A stretch of DNA of 64,000 nucleotides, from the NCBI GenBank assembly GCA_030141605.1, contig JAQGDQ010000421.1:1-64000 (forward strand). The letters run 5' to 3'. Origin of the DNA: Tubiluchus corallicola. Taxonomy: Eukaryota > Animalia > Priapulida. Under the pieces are notes generated by a model that was not told the origin of the DNA, ran no database searches, and saw nothing but the letters and a program-made list of their open reading frames with translations. Each line of letters opens with the position of its first letter. Position 1 is the first letter of the stretch. The position numbers and the translations under genes are program-made. Below are positions 13,401-26,990 of this stretch, piece after piece.

Positions 13401-16400
13401 TATAAAACATTTGCCTAATCTAATCAAACAACTACTGCAATGGAGCTACTTCACATAAGTTAATATAAACTGAAATCTCACAGTGATACAAGTAAGTAGT
13501 GCAGTGACAGATAATCACATAATTCATATTCGTAACTATTTAAAAAAAAATTTTTCACTCTTTAAGGCTCACTCAAAGTCGTAATTACATATTATGTTTT
13601 CCTTTCTCAACTTCCAGGTTTATTGCTCTTATACCATTGCTATTATTACATCATTTACTTCATCCTTATTTACATTAAGTTATCTACAGAAGCATGCATA
13701 ACTATAATCATTTTTCATTTTAGTAAGGTGAGTGTGTTAACGACCGTATGGTCGTACACTCACCTCGCGCTGCTCAAATTATTTTATTTAAAGTTTATTA
13801 ATATGTTTGATATTGTATTTTTGATGTGTGAAATAAAATTCGTAGTTCATAGTAATCAGAAAACAAGTACTTGCACAAGTAGGCAAAAACGAAAAACAAA
13901 CCGAATTTTCATAACCCCACTTATTGACATTTGGAGTGGACTTCCAATTCGTCGTTTCTTCCTGTGTGGAATTTGTACCATTGGCATTCTCAGCGGTTTC
14001 AGAACATTCGGAGAGGGGTAGATGCTCCGACAGTTTGCTTAAAGCTTTCAGGTCCCTATTGAACATATTGTATTTGTGCAGTTTGTTGGCAAACCGTGTG
14101 TATTGTTTATACACCTCAGCCGCATTCCAGTCGTGGAGGCTCAACTAAACAAAATGAATGAGAAGTCAATGAGGTCAACAAGTCATTAAGGACAAAGTGA
14201 AAGGCAGAAAAAAATAGCATGTATGAGAAGACTTTTCACAGTTTCGATGTGACCAGGTGCAGTTGTAGGTCAAAGGTTAAATGCACCACAGCACAACGTG
14301 TCTCAACGACAACCGCCAAGTGTTGTAATAATTGTAAGTTTATTAGTAGATGTATTTTAAATTGAATTAGTAGTTAATATGTAGTCTTAATTAAAGAATT
14401 TTATTGACATATTGTAAATTTATTAGTAGATGTATTTTAAATTAAATTAGTTAATTTAAGCCATCTGTCGCATCAGTTCAGTAAAAGAAGAATTCTTTAC
14501 TGAATTATGCATTAGTCTGTGCATACAGTGACTTACTAGCAGGATCTTGTTTGGGAACAAAAAAAATTAACTAGGTAAGGTTCTAGCTAGCAGTTAAAAC
14601 TGTCACTATTACAACAGCATGGGTTGCGAAGCATTGTCAAGTGTATACAAATGCGTTGCCTGGTACACTTAACCTTTGACCTCTTCACGATCGTCATCAA
14701 TCACTGGAATTGTGAAAACACTGCTTGTCCCCAATAAATTTTAAAAACCGAGACAAATCATCTCAGAGAATGTGTTTTGTGTACATTGATCTGTTCATAT
14801 TATCTCAATCCATTAAAAATCATTGCAGAAATAAGACTTAGTAAAAACTGCTCAGGCTAAGTATGTAGTGACTTATCTTACTAACTTACACTACATTTAT
14901 TGAAAAATTTTAAATCATGCATGTCTGGTACATATATACAGATCTGGATGCATACCAGGTTTTGAATTTTGCTGGCAGGAACTTGATCGAACAAAAAGTT
15001 GCTCAATGATTGAAGTTCTCCTTCGGTCATGTTGCAGACGAGTGATTGTAAATCATCAAGTGTGGAGTCATTTAGTGAGGGAGCCTCAAGGACTGTATTC
15101 AGTTTTCCACTGCATGAAACTGCACGAATGAGGTCAGGAGAAAATACAATCACCTGAGAAAAAACAAAGATTCTGAGTTACAGAGAGCATAATTATGCTG
15201 TAAGACACAATGCATATTAATGAACTTGTGAACAAATTCATGTAGACACAGAGATTGAGACTAGCATTATACAGAAATATGCATTATAACATTAGAGAGA
15301 TGGAGACTAAGTGACAGGTCGTAATTGAAATTAGTGGGTGCTGCTTCAGGAAACTTTTAGCCATTGTTTTAATATTGTGTAAAATGAAAGAAACATATAA
15401 AAAGAAAATTTATACATAAACTTGAAAAATCTTAAACAAAATTTTTTTTACTTACTAATAACCTAAACTGTTACAATTCAAGCTTGATCCATTCATTTAA
15501 AAACTAAATCCGATCTTTAAGCTTGAGTTTTAAGCACATTGTTTAAACAGAACACACGCTGAGTCAAAAAGAAACACTACCTTACACTTGAACAACAGGT
15601 TCAGCACTGCGTGAGTTGGCAACTGTGTCTCTACTTACCGTGCAGCTTCTTGTCTTGGACATGTGCACATAGCCACATGAGCACAACAGCCAAACACAAC
15701 ACAGTTCCATACAAGGATTGTAATTTTTTTCATGAACTAAGGGAATGCTAATGATATTAAACTTAAGAATTATATAATGTACAAGTATAAAGAAAGAATT
15801 AAAGAAAAAATATTCATTATGTTATCCATAATATCGAGTGAAAATACATTGATACAGTTCAGCAGTACCTATACACGAGCCGCCCACTGTTCAAGGTTTT
15901 ACTAAATTCAGATCAGGCATATTTTGTTCTCTAACTAAAATAGCCATTTTTACGTAACACACAGCTAAGCTATAAGCTTCTAACCTGTAACGCTTCCACA
16001 AGCTGCAGAGACGTGACATTTGCAAATGTCGCATTCTGTCCTTTTTGCTCAACAGATGTCAGCACGGATATCAATGGTTGTAGCTTATCCAGATTTTCCA
16101 GAACAAAATCATTGGTCTTTAATAGCTCATACAATAAGCCTACAAATATCAAACAAACAAAATTTGTTATTTTGCTATTTTATGTAAAATAACAAATTTT
16201 ATCAAAGTTACAAAAAGTTTATCAAAAGTAACAAAAATTGTTAAAAAGATTAGTTGCAAATGTCTTAGTAAAAAATAAGCACTATTAAAAGTAGTTATTT
16301 ATGCAAAACAATCTACAAAGTGCCTTTTACACAGGTAGTTACTATGAAAATTTGTTACCGAAGAAAACTTGCCCAGTCTATGATAAGCTCTTTTACTTTG

Positions 16401-17511
16401 AATGAAACTCAAACTTGCTTACTCATTTGAACAATGTTAAGCACTACTTCAGATCTTTGGATAGTATTTTTGCTTTTGTTTGAACAGAAAAAATCCTGTA
16501 ATACTCCAATCGTTTGAGCATAAACGGTTCATAAGAATATTTAAACTATTATTTTTTAAACACTGTTTACAGCTGTGCATGTGAAAAAAGCTGTATGTGA
16601 GTTTTTGTGAAAATAGATGGTTAAAACATAAATAAATAAGAAAAGATAAAAGAAAAACTTATAAAACACGCTATCAATGTTTAAATCTTTAGCTGAAGTT
16701 TCATGTAACAGTTCAAAAGCAATTAAAAAAAATCTGTTGCATTTACCAAGCAGTTGCGTAGAGTTTGGTTGTACTAAGTCTTGCAGACTGCGCTTTGTAA
16801 GCCTGTGCGTCTTGTCAGCAGAGAGATTTACCTTGTTGAGATCAATTTTTCCCCGAGCAAATAACATCTGGTAAACCTACGTTAGGAATTTATAGTAAAC
16901 AAAACATTGACATTTTTAGTTACAGAAAAGCTAAATGGCAATGCAGATCATTGTTTATGTATGTATTAAGTATGTGTACTTAAGTGTCGTGAAGTTTGGG
17001 CTTCACGATTCACCCGCCGTAAAGAAGCCAATGTGAATTAATTTATGTATAGCTGTAGGAACTGGTTCGAGGAGTTAACCTAGTTAAAATAGGAAGTTAG
17101 TTGTTAAGTTGATATGGAACAGAAAAAAATGGAAGAGCTCTCGTTTTTGTTTTACTGTCGTCGCAAAAGTCACCACGACATTAGGTGTACGTAAGTATCA
17201 TACATCTGTACAGATACATTAAACATGAGTGCGTGAAAATTAAAAACACTCGACTTTGTGTAGTTTCAATTTGAACAAATACGACTTGCAAATTAAATAT
17301 GTTAAATACGTATGCCACTTGGGAAAAACGTAACAAAGCTTATGAATTTTAAAATGCACATTTAGCAGCAAATATAACGTGTATCTTTACTATTGATATT
17401 TTGCATTATGTACTTAAAAACAAACACCTAGGCATTTACTGAAATTTTTGAGAAGGCTGCAGAGTCAGCAGACATAGATTTAAATATTGCACCTGCACAG
17501 CGGGAGGGAGG

Positions 17512-17569
<58 letters not shown>

Positions 17570-20500
17570 CTAGCCTGCAATATCGATCAATACTTCACGA
17601 ATGTGTCACTCAAACACTATTTTTGCTTAATTTTGCATGAATCTAGCAATCTTTCACTGTGCATGTGTGACATTTAAATCTATGCAGCAAGCTGAACTCG
17701 TACAAGAAGCACAGGTTGCAGGATAATTACATGAAAAGCTCTCACAGTTAAAGGTATACAAGCTGCCTAACAACATAAAGCCGCTGAGCCACAAAACACA
17801 AGTCAGCTTGTTTAAACAGAACATGTAGACTTGTTAACATTCTACTCACTAAGGATGTGTATAATAAGGATGAGTCTCCATGGTGCAACAACAAAAATAG
17901 CATTAATGTCTGTAAAATACAATCATAATATTTTTCTCATCATGCTATCTATACTAAAATTACAATAATTAGAACTAATAAATATACATAATGTGAATAC
18001 CTTTTCCATATGTATGTTCGAGTTCAACAGTGCGTTCGCAGTGCTATTAGAAATTGACAAATTCTGTACTAGAAAAGTTTCTACTGCAATTGTGTTTTCA
18101 AATAACGTGTTTAATGGTAATTCTGCAAAAAAATAAATAACTGCATAAAAAAAGAAGAACAATGGCAACGGCAACAACAATGACAAAGAGTTTCAAGCAA
18201 AGGTTATAGCTAAGTAGTCATGGTGAATTTACCTTTAAATTTGAGCAATGTCAAGCCTGGTCAGCAAATGGATGGGTCGTCAGGTGGAAAATTCTTTCGT
18301 CTGTCATGATGCTCCTGCTAGCCGTTTACAAGGATGAGAATGACAAATTGCAAAAAACTCTGAAACAGGCCGGGGGTTTTGGGGCCGCCTAAGCCCCCAA
18401 CATGGGGGTTCAAGGGGGCAAAGCCCCTTGGAGCCAGCAACAAATTGCAAGTTTGTGACCGTAGAGAGCCTCTATAATTTAAAATACCCAACTATCAAGG
18501 ATACGTGATACCTAATTGTCTCAAAAACGCCTAAGTACTGGCTGCTCCTATGCAAAGGTATATAAAAACTGTCTGCAATTGACTCAAATAACTCCACACA
18601 ATTGATTCTACATTTTTATACAAAGAGATATACACGTGGTTACATTGATGTATGTGATGTAAACAAAGTGACGGTCTGCCAACTAGCGATCAGCTTGTGA
18701 AATACTGGGTCCGGAAAAATTTTCTCTACAAATTTACGAGATTTACAAAAATGCCACTACTGGTCTTCCAAAAACTCGGAATTCCGCGTATGCGTGGAAA
18801 ATTCTCATCCCTGGCCGTTTACAGTGTACGGCCATTGAAATGTTGTTATCATATAATTGCTAATTTAGTGTTTCACTCTTCTGTGGTTATATCTAATAAT
18901 GACATAAGTTCTGGCTCCCCGCTGCAATTGCCTACAATGAACTTTAACAAACAAACAAACTCTGCTTCTGTGCAAACTATGTCTGAAGATTTTTCTTCAT
19001 GCATTCCACTTTATTCCTTGCATTTATGCAGCCTGTAGTTACAGCAATACCCTGTAATGCTACTAGTAATTGCTGGATGAAGTAACCGCTGCATACTAAC
19101 TTGTAACTATAAAAGTTTACTAGGCTACCATTCAATTTCCCTGATAGTTCTTGCTGGCTTTTCTAAGTCACATATCTGTATAGATAAGCTATTCAAAAGG
19201 ATATGCTGCATTGCGGAGCAATAAAATTAGCACTTCGCATTAGTGAAGGTCAAAGTGTACACTGAACAAGTAAAACAAGGAAATCTGCAAGACTTACCTA
19301 AATCCATTATGCCTAATTTACATTGTTACAGAAATGAATTTTTGCCTTTTCAAGAGATTTCAAAATTACAAATTGGTCTGTGACAAAACTGAGAATAGTA
19401 CAATTAAGTATTAAAAGTCAAATCATCTACACACAAGGTGCACAGTATATTTTAACTATATATGTGGTCTGTATGTAAAAACATGTGGGCTAAACTCAGA
19501 ATAACACAATTACAGGAAGAGAGGATGCTTTTTCGTATACTATCCCATGTTCAAGTCTGATAAAAAATATACATTCTAACACAATTAATACTGCAAAAGC
19601 ATTTTTGATAATTAAATAATAGATAAAAACTTATTTAATGGCAGACGAGCCCAACTATTGATGACATCATCACAAACTAACATAATATTAAACAGCAAAA
19701 ATATTTTAAGCTCAGTAAAAATCAGATTTTGTAAAAGAATTAAAGAAACAATTCTTGTCAAATGCTCTTGCAGCTGTTCGTCTTACAAACCAGCAATTTA
19801 ACCATTGCCTCCAACTTTCTCAGTTTATGTATTGGAGATTTGGACAAGGGATAGTTCTAGTATTTCGCTATAGTAATGAGATGCCGAGAAATTAGAATTG
19901 GAACAATTTAATATTAGAGATGTCTGTAAAATTATTATACAGTACTCGCCGCATAATAAAACCACGGATAATAAAACCAGCAACATTTAGAACCATGTAG
20001 GCACAGTCAGAAATTACTCCCACAGAAACTATTAAGAGAATATGATTAATAAAGCCAATGTGCCACATCAATAAAATCACATTTTTCAGTAATAGCGACA
20101 AAGGCAACTGCAAATTGAATAAAAAACAGGATGTATTTTTGGTAGTTTGTTTATTTTTTTCAGATATGCATTTGAAATTTAAGTCCAGGTGCTAGATTAC
20201 TTCTTAGTCACACTTCTTAGTCAAAGTTCATGCTGATATTAAAATCGAATGTTTCTTTGTAACAGCTTTGAACGTACAGCTGCTAAAGTATATATCTTAG
20301 CCTGTTGAATAAACTTGAATCACTGTTGTACGCCAGAGTCATTCTATAGGTATACGTGTGAGATGACTGTCTCGTATTTCACTGTCATTTAGTATTAATT
20401 AGGGTGAAGTGTCAACGTACTATACGTTGTCAAATACGCACTCTTGCAGCAGGCTGCCGCATAATAAACCTGCCATTTATAAAGACCACAAAGATGAAAA

Positions 20501-21526
20501 TTTAAGTTATGTAGGTGATTGTAAAATATTTGATTGTGTACAGTTGTTTATAACCGAATCGAGACATTTTAGATGATGATTACTGGAATTGATTCATTTA
20601 TTTTTACTATATCCTATATAGCAAAGATGCATGTTTACTGTTTACTGATAAACCAGTTTAGTGCGCAGTCTAAATATTTAACTATTTACCATTTGTTTTT
20701 TGTATTTACTCAAACCAAGTAACTATGATAACTTTGTAAATACTTTTATATAGATTTATGTATTACCACTAACAGTTGTTAAATTTACTAAGCGGGGAGT
20801 GCCCGCACATAAGTTTTGTAAAAACTTTCTGGTACAAAACGCATAATAAAATTATGTTTAAATTAAATTAAAGACCATTTCTTGTTAGTCCCGTGGTGAT
20901 TTTATTAATTAAGCAGCAACTACTGTAACAAAAACTATAAGGTTGTTACCTTCAATTTCTAGGAAATGTTTCCTTATAATAAGAGGATCTTCTAGAATGT
21001 GCTTATAAAGTTCAGGTATTTCATCCATCTCATTGGGTGTGAAGCCAGGATCAAAGAAATGGTGATGTTGTGAAACATTGTCCAAAGAGACAAGAAACTG
21101 ATAAACCCTGCAAAAAATGCTGATATCAAAACACACAGTGCTCAAGAATGAAAGAAGGAAACAGACAGAGAGTGAGACAGAGACAGAGAGACACAGGAGA
21201 GAGAAAATAAATAAATAAATGAATCTTTCATTTTACATTATGTTTACATAATGTAAATCCCTCTAATTGCAGGGTAATATGACAAAAATTAATTCAAATC
21301 ACAACAGCATAAAGACTGGGAGGGAGACAGACAGACAGACTGACAGAGAGAAAGAAAGAGACAGAGATTTGATTTTGATTTAATTCTTTCTTTCAAACCT
21401 AAGTTCATATTATAATTTACATATATACAACATACAACATCATAAAAACAAAAAACCAATACAAACAAATCACACACAAACTTAGATAAACATGAAAATT
21501 ACAATAATAGTCTCCACTATTGCTGT

Positions 21527-21574
<48 letters not shown>

Positions 21575-21633
21575 CGAGAGAGAGATAGAGAGAGAGAGGA
21601 GAGAGAGAGAGACTGAGAGAGAGAGGGAGAGAG

Positions 21634-21670
<37 letters not shown>

Positions 21671-23923
21671 AGAGGGAGAGAGAGAGAGAGAGAGAGAAAG
21701 AAAACGTACGTTGAATCTGGATATTGTAAGAAGCCATAATCATCACGTTGTCCATTATCACAGAAAGCTTGCATAACAGCAATGACTCCAGCAGACGGCA
21801 ATGGATGTGCTGTAAATTGTGCTGCAAAAAAACATAAACTACTGTGCATAGTAGAAAACTGAAAATGCGCTACCACATTCAGCTGATAATACAAGAAGCT
21901 GCAATTTCCATCATCTTTGTACACTTTAGTTATTGGCCTTTTACTTTTATACAAGTTGATGCCCTGCAGAACTTTTGAATCACACAAAAGTCTAACAATG
22001 ACAAAAACCGTCAGATTTAAGCACGAAATATAGTGACACACACAAAAATAGGAAATTATTGTCACAACTTATAATAACGTACATAATTACAGTTTATTAT
22101 TATGTTAGGCTGTTGGTATCTAAATTTCCTTGGCAGCATGTTGAATTTGATGGAAAAAATTTGTGATGAATGAAATGAAAAATTTTGTTTAACATCTACA
22201 GATTCTTATCGGCACCATGACCTCTAATATGCCAAAACAGCAAAACCTCTAGAGCAGGCAGTTGAGAAGGTTAATCACAGTTTATTTAGTTATGATAAAT
22301 TCTATAAATTAAAGGAATTCCCCAACTCGTCTTAAAATCTTGCTACAAATGTTCAAACACTACGTAGTACTTTTAGTGAAACTATAAAGGCTAAATTTTA
22401 GTAAAATACCCAAAACGTGCAAACAAAGTTGTTAAGAACTAAGAATTTCAAGAAAAAATCATGACAGAACCTTGTATTTCCTAGCAAATCTGCCATGTTA
22501 AACATACATTACTTGAAGTAAACTACTAAATTAAAAAGGTTTAAACATATTCCGAATGGTAGGAGAAATTGACCGACAGTTTAGTAAATAAGCCCAAGTA
22601 AATATATGAACATGCCATTTATTAATATAAACTTTGATACAAATGTATGCAAATCTTAGCCTGGTATTTCGTCAATTAGGCCAACTACAGCAAACATACA
22701 GTAATATATTTAATCATTCATTGTACATGGAACGTATTCTTGTTAAAATATTCAGAGGAGAGAACTAACACTTAAACTGCTTGAATATTTTAAATAATAC
22801 TAGAAGCTAGAAGAGCAGTATGAAAAATTAATACTCACAGTAAGACTAGTGATCCATAAAACGGTATAGAACTCACGTATTGTGCAAACATTGTTGCAAT
22901 AATTTTATAACCTTTCTAAAAGCAAGTCTTCCAGCTACTAACATTTGTAAAAAAGTTTTATGGTTTAAACGCTGAATACGTACTTTGCGCTATAGGATAT
23001 GCCGGCTGCTTCTTCCTAATGCCCAGTAAGATGAAAAATAACGTCAGTGGAATGAAAACTTCAAAAACTACAACCAGCTGTGAAACAAAAAAATCTGTAA
23101 ACTCTATGTAATGGTTTCAGCAAAATAAACCGATGTTTTGAAAGCTTGGCTGTCCATTCTTAGTCTACCCAATCGAGATTACTGTTAAGACGATAACATT
23201 GATAAACTGTGAAAAATGAGTAGAATTGATATTTCATTGCAGCAGTTATAAGCACTTTTTAATTCTTATGAAAATAAATATATTTCTTATAAAATCACTA
23301 CAAGTCTCACTGTACAACAAGATAAAGAAAATACAACACAGATGCTTTTATACTATAGGTACCGTTTATTAGACACACAGTTAATAGAATCAGTCGCCTA
23401 ATTGACTCAGCTCAAAAACATCTGGAACGGGGGCCACTCATATTCAAATGTATAAAAAACAAATATTATACAAGGATACAAATTTATACAAGGTACAAAC
23501 AAAGAAACTTTTACACAAGAAAAAGACTGTTCATGTGTTTTTGATGATAAACTCTAAAATGTCAAAAACTCCTTTACTAATTTTCATTAAAGCTACTTCA
23601 GTAATCCGACCGTCTTTTTGTGTTTAGCTATTTCGTCAATAAAAGACATTTAAGAAAACCACCAAAAAACTTGCAATAATCATTTACTGCATATGATGGA
23701 ATTACCGTCCTATAAAAATGAATTATACTCATAGTAATATCAACGAGAAAGCATCAACTACTTGAGATAGAAATTAGAAATCTTTGGTCAGTAAGTAAAG
23801 TTTTGAAATTATATAATTTAAAATTAGATATTTCAGCTAAGCAAAATGCAAACTCACCGGTGTTCGGCGTTTAAAAGTGAGATTCTTCCACAAAAGTAGA
23901 CTAAGCTGTAGAAAAAATCCCAT
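1406..23923 (-). CDS. ABCA2: ATP-binding cassette subfamily A member 2-like transporter, N-terminal half (TM1, ECD1, TMD1); 20 coding exons, interrupted before NBD1
   Basis: GT-AG exons with consistent phases: 23858-23923 ([22 protein letters not shown]), 22984-23077, 21710-21821, 20950-21107, 18001-18122, 16747-16876, 15985-16139, 14956-15153, 13902-14144, 13116-13263, 11157-11278, 10222-10350, 9308-9434, 8781-8915, 7874-8046, 5634-5852, 4804-4994, 3688-3838, 1932-2136, and 1539 down to about 1411 (in-frame TAA at 1406-1408). The peptides AACSWI...[80 protein letters not shown] and [10 protein letters not shown] closely resemble vertebrate ABCA2 as I recall it. Confidence 0.93.
2767..2835. 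repeat. 33-bp tandem duplication
   Basis: aattatgttaYagtaggcaaaatcaaatgtttt occurs twice in tandem. Confidence 0.8.
4020..4330. mobile_element. Interspersed repeat family B (copies at ~19510-19705 direct, ~27165-27525 inverted)
   Basis: Shared core taattaaataatagat...gagcccaactattgatgacatcacaaactaacataat. ORF-track peptides 4075..4275- and 27312..27548+ are similar (INSWA.PLIKFL.YYLIIR). Confidence 0.75.
5878..6680. mobile_element. Interspersed repeat family A (inverted diverged copy at ~24190-24770)
   Basis: tgcaaaccaaaaccgtcc...gtagaatgcaccaaaaatttggttaaatgtcaat matches the reverse complement of 24676-24767. Patchy similarity continues past 6418. Confidence 0.7.
6418..7832 (-). repeat. 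Source segment of the inverted copy at 1-1415 (ABCA2 intron 15)
   Basis: Reverse complement of 1-1415. Contains a roughly 52-bp tandem duplication and a LINE-tail-like remnant ([14 protein letters not shown]-like). Confidence 0.95.
8950..9075. repeat. Interspersed repeat family C (inverted copy at ~12295-12412)
   Basis: tttgcatggaaagtttt...ttttctttccctgatttacgtt matches the reverse complement of aacgtaaatcagggaaagaaaa...aaaactttccatgcaaa. Confidence 0.7.
10020..10195 (+). mobile_element. 3' end of a LINE/SINE with stem-loop and (ACTT)n tail; related inverted copy at ~54967-55155
   Basis: The stem-loop agggtgg...ccaccctttcacca is followed by aataaac and (ACTT)n. The same layout is on the minus strand near 55100. 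Confidence 0.6.
14233..14718. mobile_element. Decayed MITE-like element with ~60-bp imperfect terminal inverted repeats and an internal 80-bp tandem duplication
   Basis: ttttcaca...aggtcaaaggttaa at the left versus ttaacctttgacct...tgtgaaaa at the right. attgtaaRtttattagtagatgtattttaaatt is repeated at 14331 and 14411. Confidence 0.55.
17505..17566. repeat. (GGGA)n(GA)n microsatellite
   Basis: Direct reading. Confidence 0.95.
18329..18813. mobile_element. Non-autonomous hAT-type DNA transposon (MITE) in ABCA2 intron 4
   Basis: 13-bp TIRs CAaGGATGAGAAT / ATTCTCATCCCTG with a perfect 8-bp target-site duplication GCCGTTTA (18321-18328 and 18814-18821). An 8-bp TSD with CAG-like ends is typical of hAT. 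Confidence 0.85.
21527..21700. repeat. (GA)n microsatellite directly after the ABCA2 exon 3 donor
   Basis: Direct reading; explains the poly-ER and poly-SL ORFs. Confidence 0.95.
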
Positions 23924-24956
23924 AGCTGTACTGTACTGCACCGTTAGATTCTAACAAACCAACAGCCTCTTCGTAGCAGCTACTCCAGCCAACTAACTAG
24001 GTTTTTATGACCAAAGTCACTATAATGAAAATTAAAATATAGTGTAATATATAAAAAAACAGTGCCTACTAAGCAAGAAGCACCGCCAACTAAGTATGCC
24101 TAAAAATCTAAACTTGGGTTAACAGAACATAACCACTATTCAGACAGCTCACCTATTCCCTATAGTACTTCAGTCTTTTTCCATTCTGCGCAGTAAAATA
24201 CCAGATTCAAAACCAAGTCAATTTCTCAAGACAATATTTGAACTAAAATTTTCAACAGTGTCACAGCAATATGATGTTGCTAAAAAAAGCAAACAGGATG
24301 AATGACAAAATGTGTGCTTGCATACTGTTAAAGTTAGCCATACTGTTTGTTTTTTATCGCATTTCTACAAAACAAATGCACAAATACGGACTTTGTAAGA
24401 ACATATTAAAGTTATGTTTAAATTCCATTAGATCTTGACAAAGATCTGAGCTTGGCAGCAGAAAAAAATCGAAGCAAAATGACTACTTCAACGAGCTACT
24501 ATCGAAATTTGAAAATACAAGTTTTTATGATTGCATTACTAGTTTCTAACCAGAAAAGTGGGTACGGGGTTATAAAATCAGATTTTTAGTATTTTTTTAA
24601 CTTTTCATTGACAATTTGATGCTAAAATATAAAAATCCAATATATTTAGCATTTGCTTTTATAAAAAACACAAAATTGACATTTGACCAAATTTTTGGTG
24701 CATTCTACGTTGAAGCATCATAACACAGTTTTAACTATGTCGACTTATGGACGGTTTTGGTTTGCAAGGACACAAATAAATCTTTCAATAATAAAATATT
24801 ACTAATAGTTAAAGAGAGCCATGAAAATAAGCACAAAAATACTTACAAATATTTGATGATCCATAAAAATAAGCATAAAAATAGTTACAAATGTTTGATG
24901 AGTTTTTGTTTTACATTGCTTAATGTTCCAATAAGCCGAGTTTCCATTCTAGCGTA

Positions 24957-24957
<1 letters not shown>

Positions 24958-25010
<53 letters not shown>

Positions 25011-25134
25011 GGGGGAGAAAGAGAGACAATTGGAAAGTAAAGAGATGGAGGAGAGAGACGGGGAGAACCAAGAGAGCAAGAGAGAACGTACGTTGAATCT
25101 GGATATTGTAAGAAGCCATAGTCACCACGTTGTC
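24958..25134 (-). pseudogene. Duplicated fragment of ABCA2 exon 3 (3' part), its splice donor and the (GA)n tract
   Basis: aacgtacgttgaatctggatattgtaagaagccataRtcaYcacgttgtc at 25085-25134 matches 21703-21752. It is flanked by ~150-bp direct repeats (24771-24962 and 25134-25284). Confidence 0.85.
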
Positions 25135-26619
25135 ACAAAACAAATCTTTCAATAACAAAATATTACTAATAGTTAAAGAGTTCCATAAAAATATGCATAA
25201 AAATACTTACATATATTTGATGAGTTTTTGCTTTACATTGCTTAATGTTCCAATAAACCGAGTTTCCATTCTAGCGCACATCGAATTTCAGGTGATCATA
25301 CAATCTGCAAGTAAGTAGAAGAAAATTTACATAAGAATAAATGCACCAAAAGTCAAGCCCAACTGCTAATGTTTATAAAATACGTGTTTGTCAAATGAAT
25401 TAAACATACGCAAACAAACACGTGCAAATTTTAAGGTAATAAAGAACTACTAGCAAGTACTGCTAAAACAATAACCTACGCCTATACACCTGCAAATGTT
25501 TGACAAATTTTAGCCAAACCTTAAATAAAGTGTGCAGATCCAAAGTCCAAGAAGCTGATATAAATTTATCTGCTAAGGCAATGGCTGACTGTTTACAATG
25601 TGTTTGGCATTTAAATGCCAAACTAAAAGATCATTACATACTGATATTGCATATATGTCAACTCAAAGGCCAAGCTAATGATACGGATAAAGATGGATGA
25701 AGATGACAACCAAGTATTTGCCACTTTGCAGTGCATTTATAGTTTAACATTTAAGCCTGAATTTTACACAGCTAACAGAATCTTTAAAGGCAAACCCAGA
25801 AGACTGTGTAAACATTAGTTCAGACTAAAGAATACTCTAAAATATTGACAACTACAATAGCTTTTTAAAAGATTAAATAATAATTACCTCGGATACTCAA
25901 ATTTTGTTAAACTTTCAAAGCTATGCGTGGCTAAGATTGGCAACGGCGCCTTTTTGTCACATGCAAGTGGCCGACAAATAGGAGGTGGTACCGTGATAAC
26001 CATGATCATGAACTGCAGTGTTAGTTTCTAACATTATATGACATAGAGCCCATTTTCATGACATCATGCGTTTAAGCAGTGACACTTACACAAACATTAT
26101 TGACGTGCAGGGCAGATACTTGCTATTGCTCAAACTGTGGTTAGTCTCTGACATAAGGATTAGCTGTGTTCGGTTGCCGTTGATTAACTTTCTAAGTTAA
26201 TTATTCAAATTCAAGGAACAATTGTTAACTTTTACAGGCAAGAAAATGTATATTTTGGACAGTAAATTAAAATGAGATTAAGTCTAAACAATCGTCCAGT
26301 TTTCCTTTAACAGATGCTTATTTTTTCAGGTCATACAAAGTGCTCAGTGCTTTCTTACACAGTGCTCAGTGGTGCGAGTTCCTGAAAGAAATTCAATGAT
26401 TGCATCCTATACTGCACACTCTAATTATATGAGGCAGCGCAACGTTTTCTCATTTGACATGAAGCCAAAGAAAACATAATTGGGCAATTACCGATTACAC
26501 TGATTTTTGCTCGGGCGCAATCAAATATCAGTAATGAAGACTGATGAGCTAATAGCTCGTTTAATAGTAATTCAATAATATATTCAATAATGTGAGTACC
26601 ACAAGACATTACCTGCATA

Positions 26620-26990
26620 TTAATAAGTACCTTTACTTATTAATAATACAGCCATAGAAATTGTTAAAGATTTCAAACTTTTGGGAATAAAAATTTCAGA
26701 TGATCTTAAAAGGGAAGCTAACATGCTCTGTTGTGTAAAACAAGCCCGCCCTTTTTAAGAAAACTTAAATCATATAACGTCACATTCCCCTCCATCACAG
26801 CATATAACATTGCCCCTGCTGTGATGGAGAGCTTTTAATTACAACCCTCAATGGTGACGAATTCCATCCTGGTAATAAATCTTTTGAAATTCTCCCCTCT
26901 GGTCGTAGATACTCTTCACTTAATGCTAAAACCAGAAGGACTTTAAATTCTTTCTATCCTGTTGTAGATCGGACTATCAACAGTAAATTT
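26620..26990 (+). mobile_element. Decayed non-LTR retrotransposon ORF2 C-terminal fragment (Rex1/Babar-like)
   Basis: Translates to IEIVKDFKLLGIKISDDL and HPGNKSFEILPSGRRYSSLNAKTRRTLNSFYP, motifs typical of Rex1/Babar-type RT C-termini. Confidence 0.7.

Noticed and set aside
21417-22065. Long ORFs with poly-SL or poly-ER runs (also 24757-25158)
   Set aside because: Produced by (GA)n microsatellites. Only the embedded exon 21710-21821 is coding.
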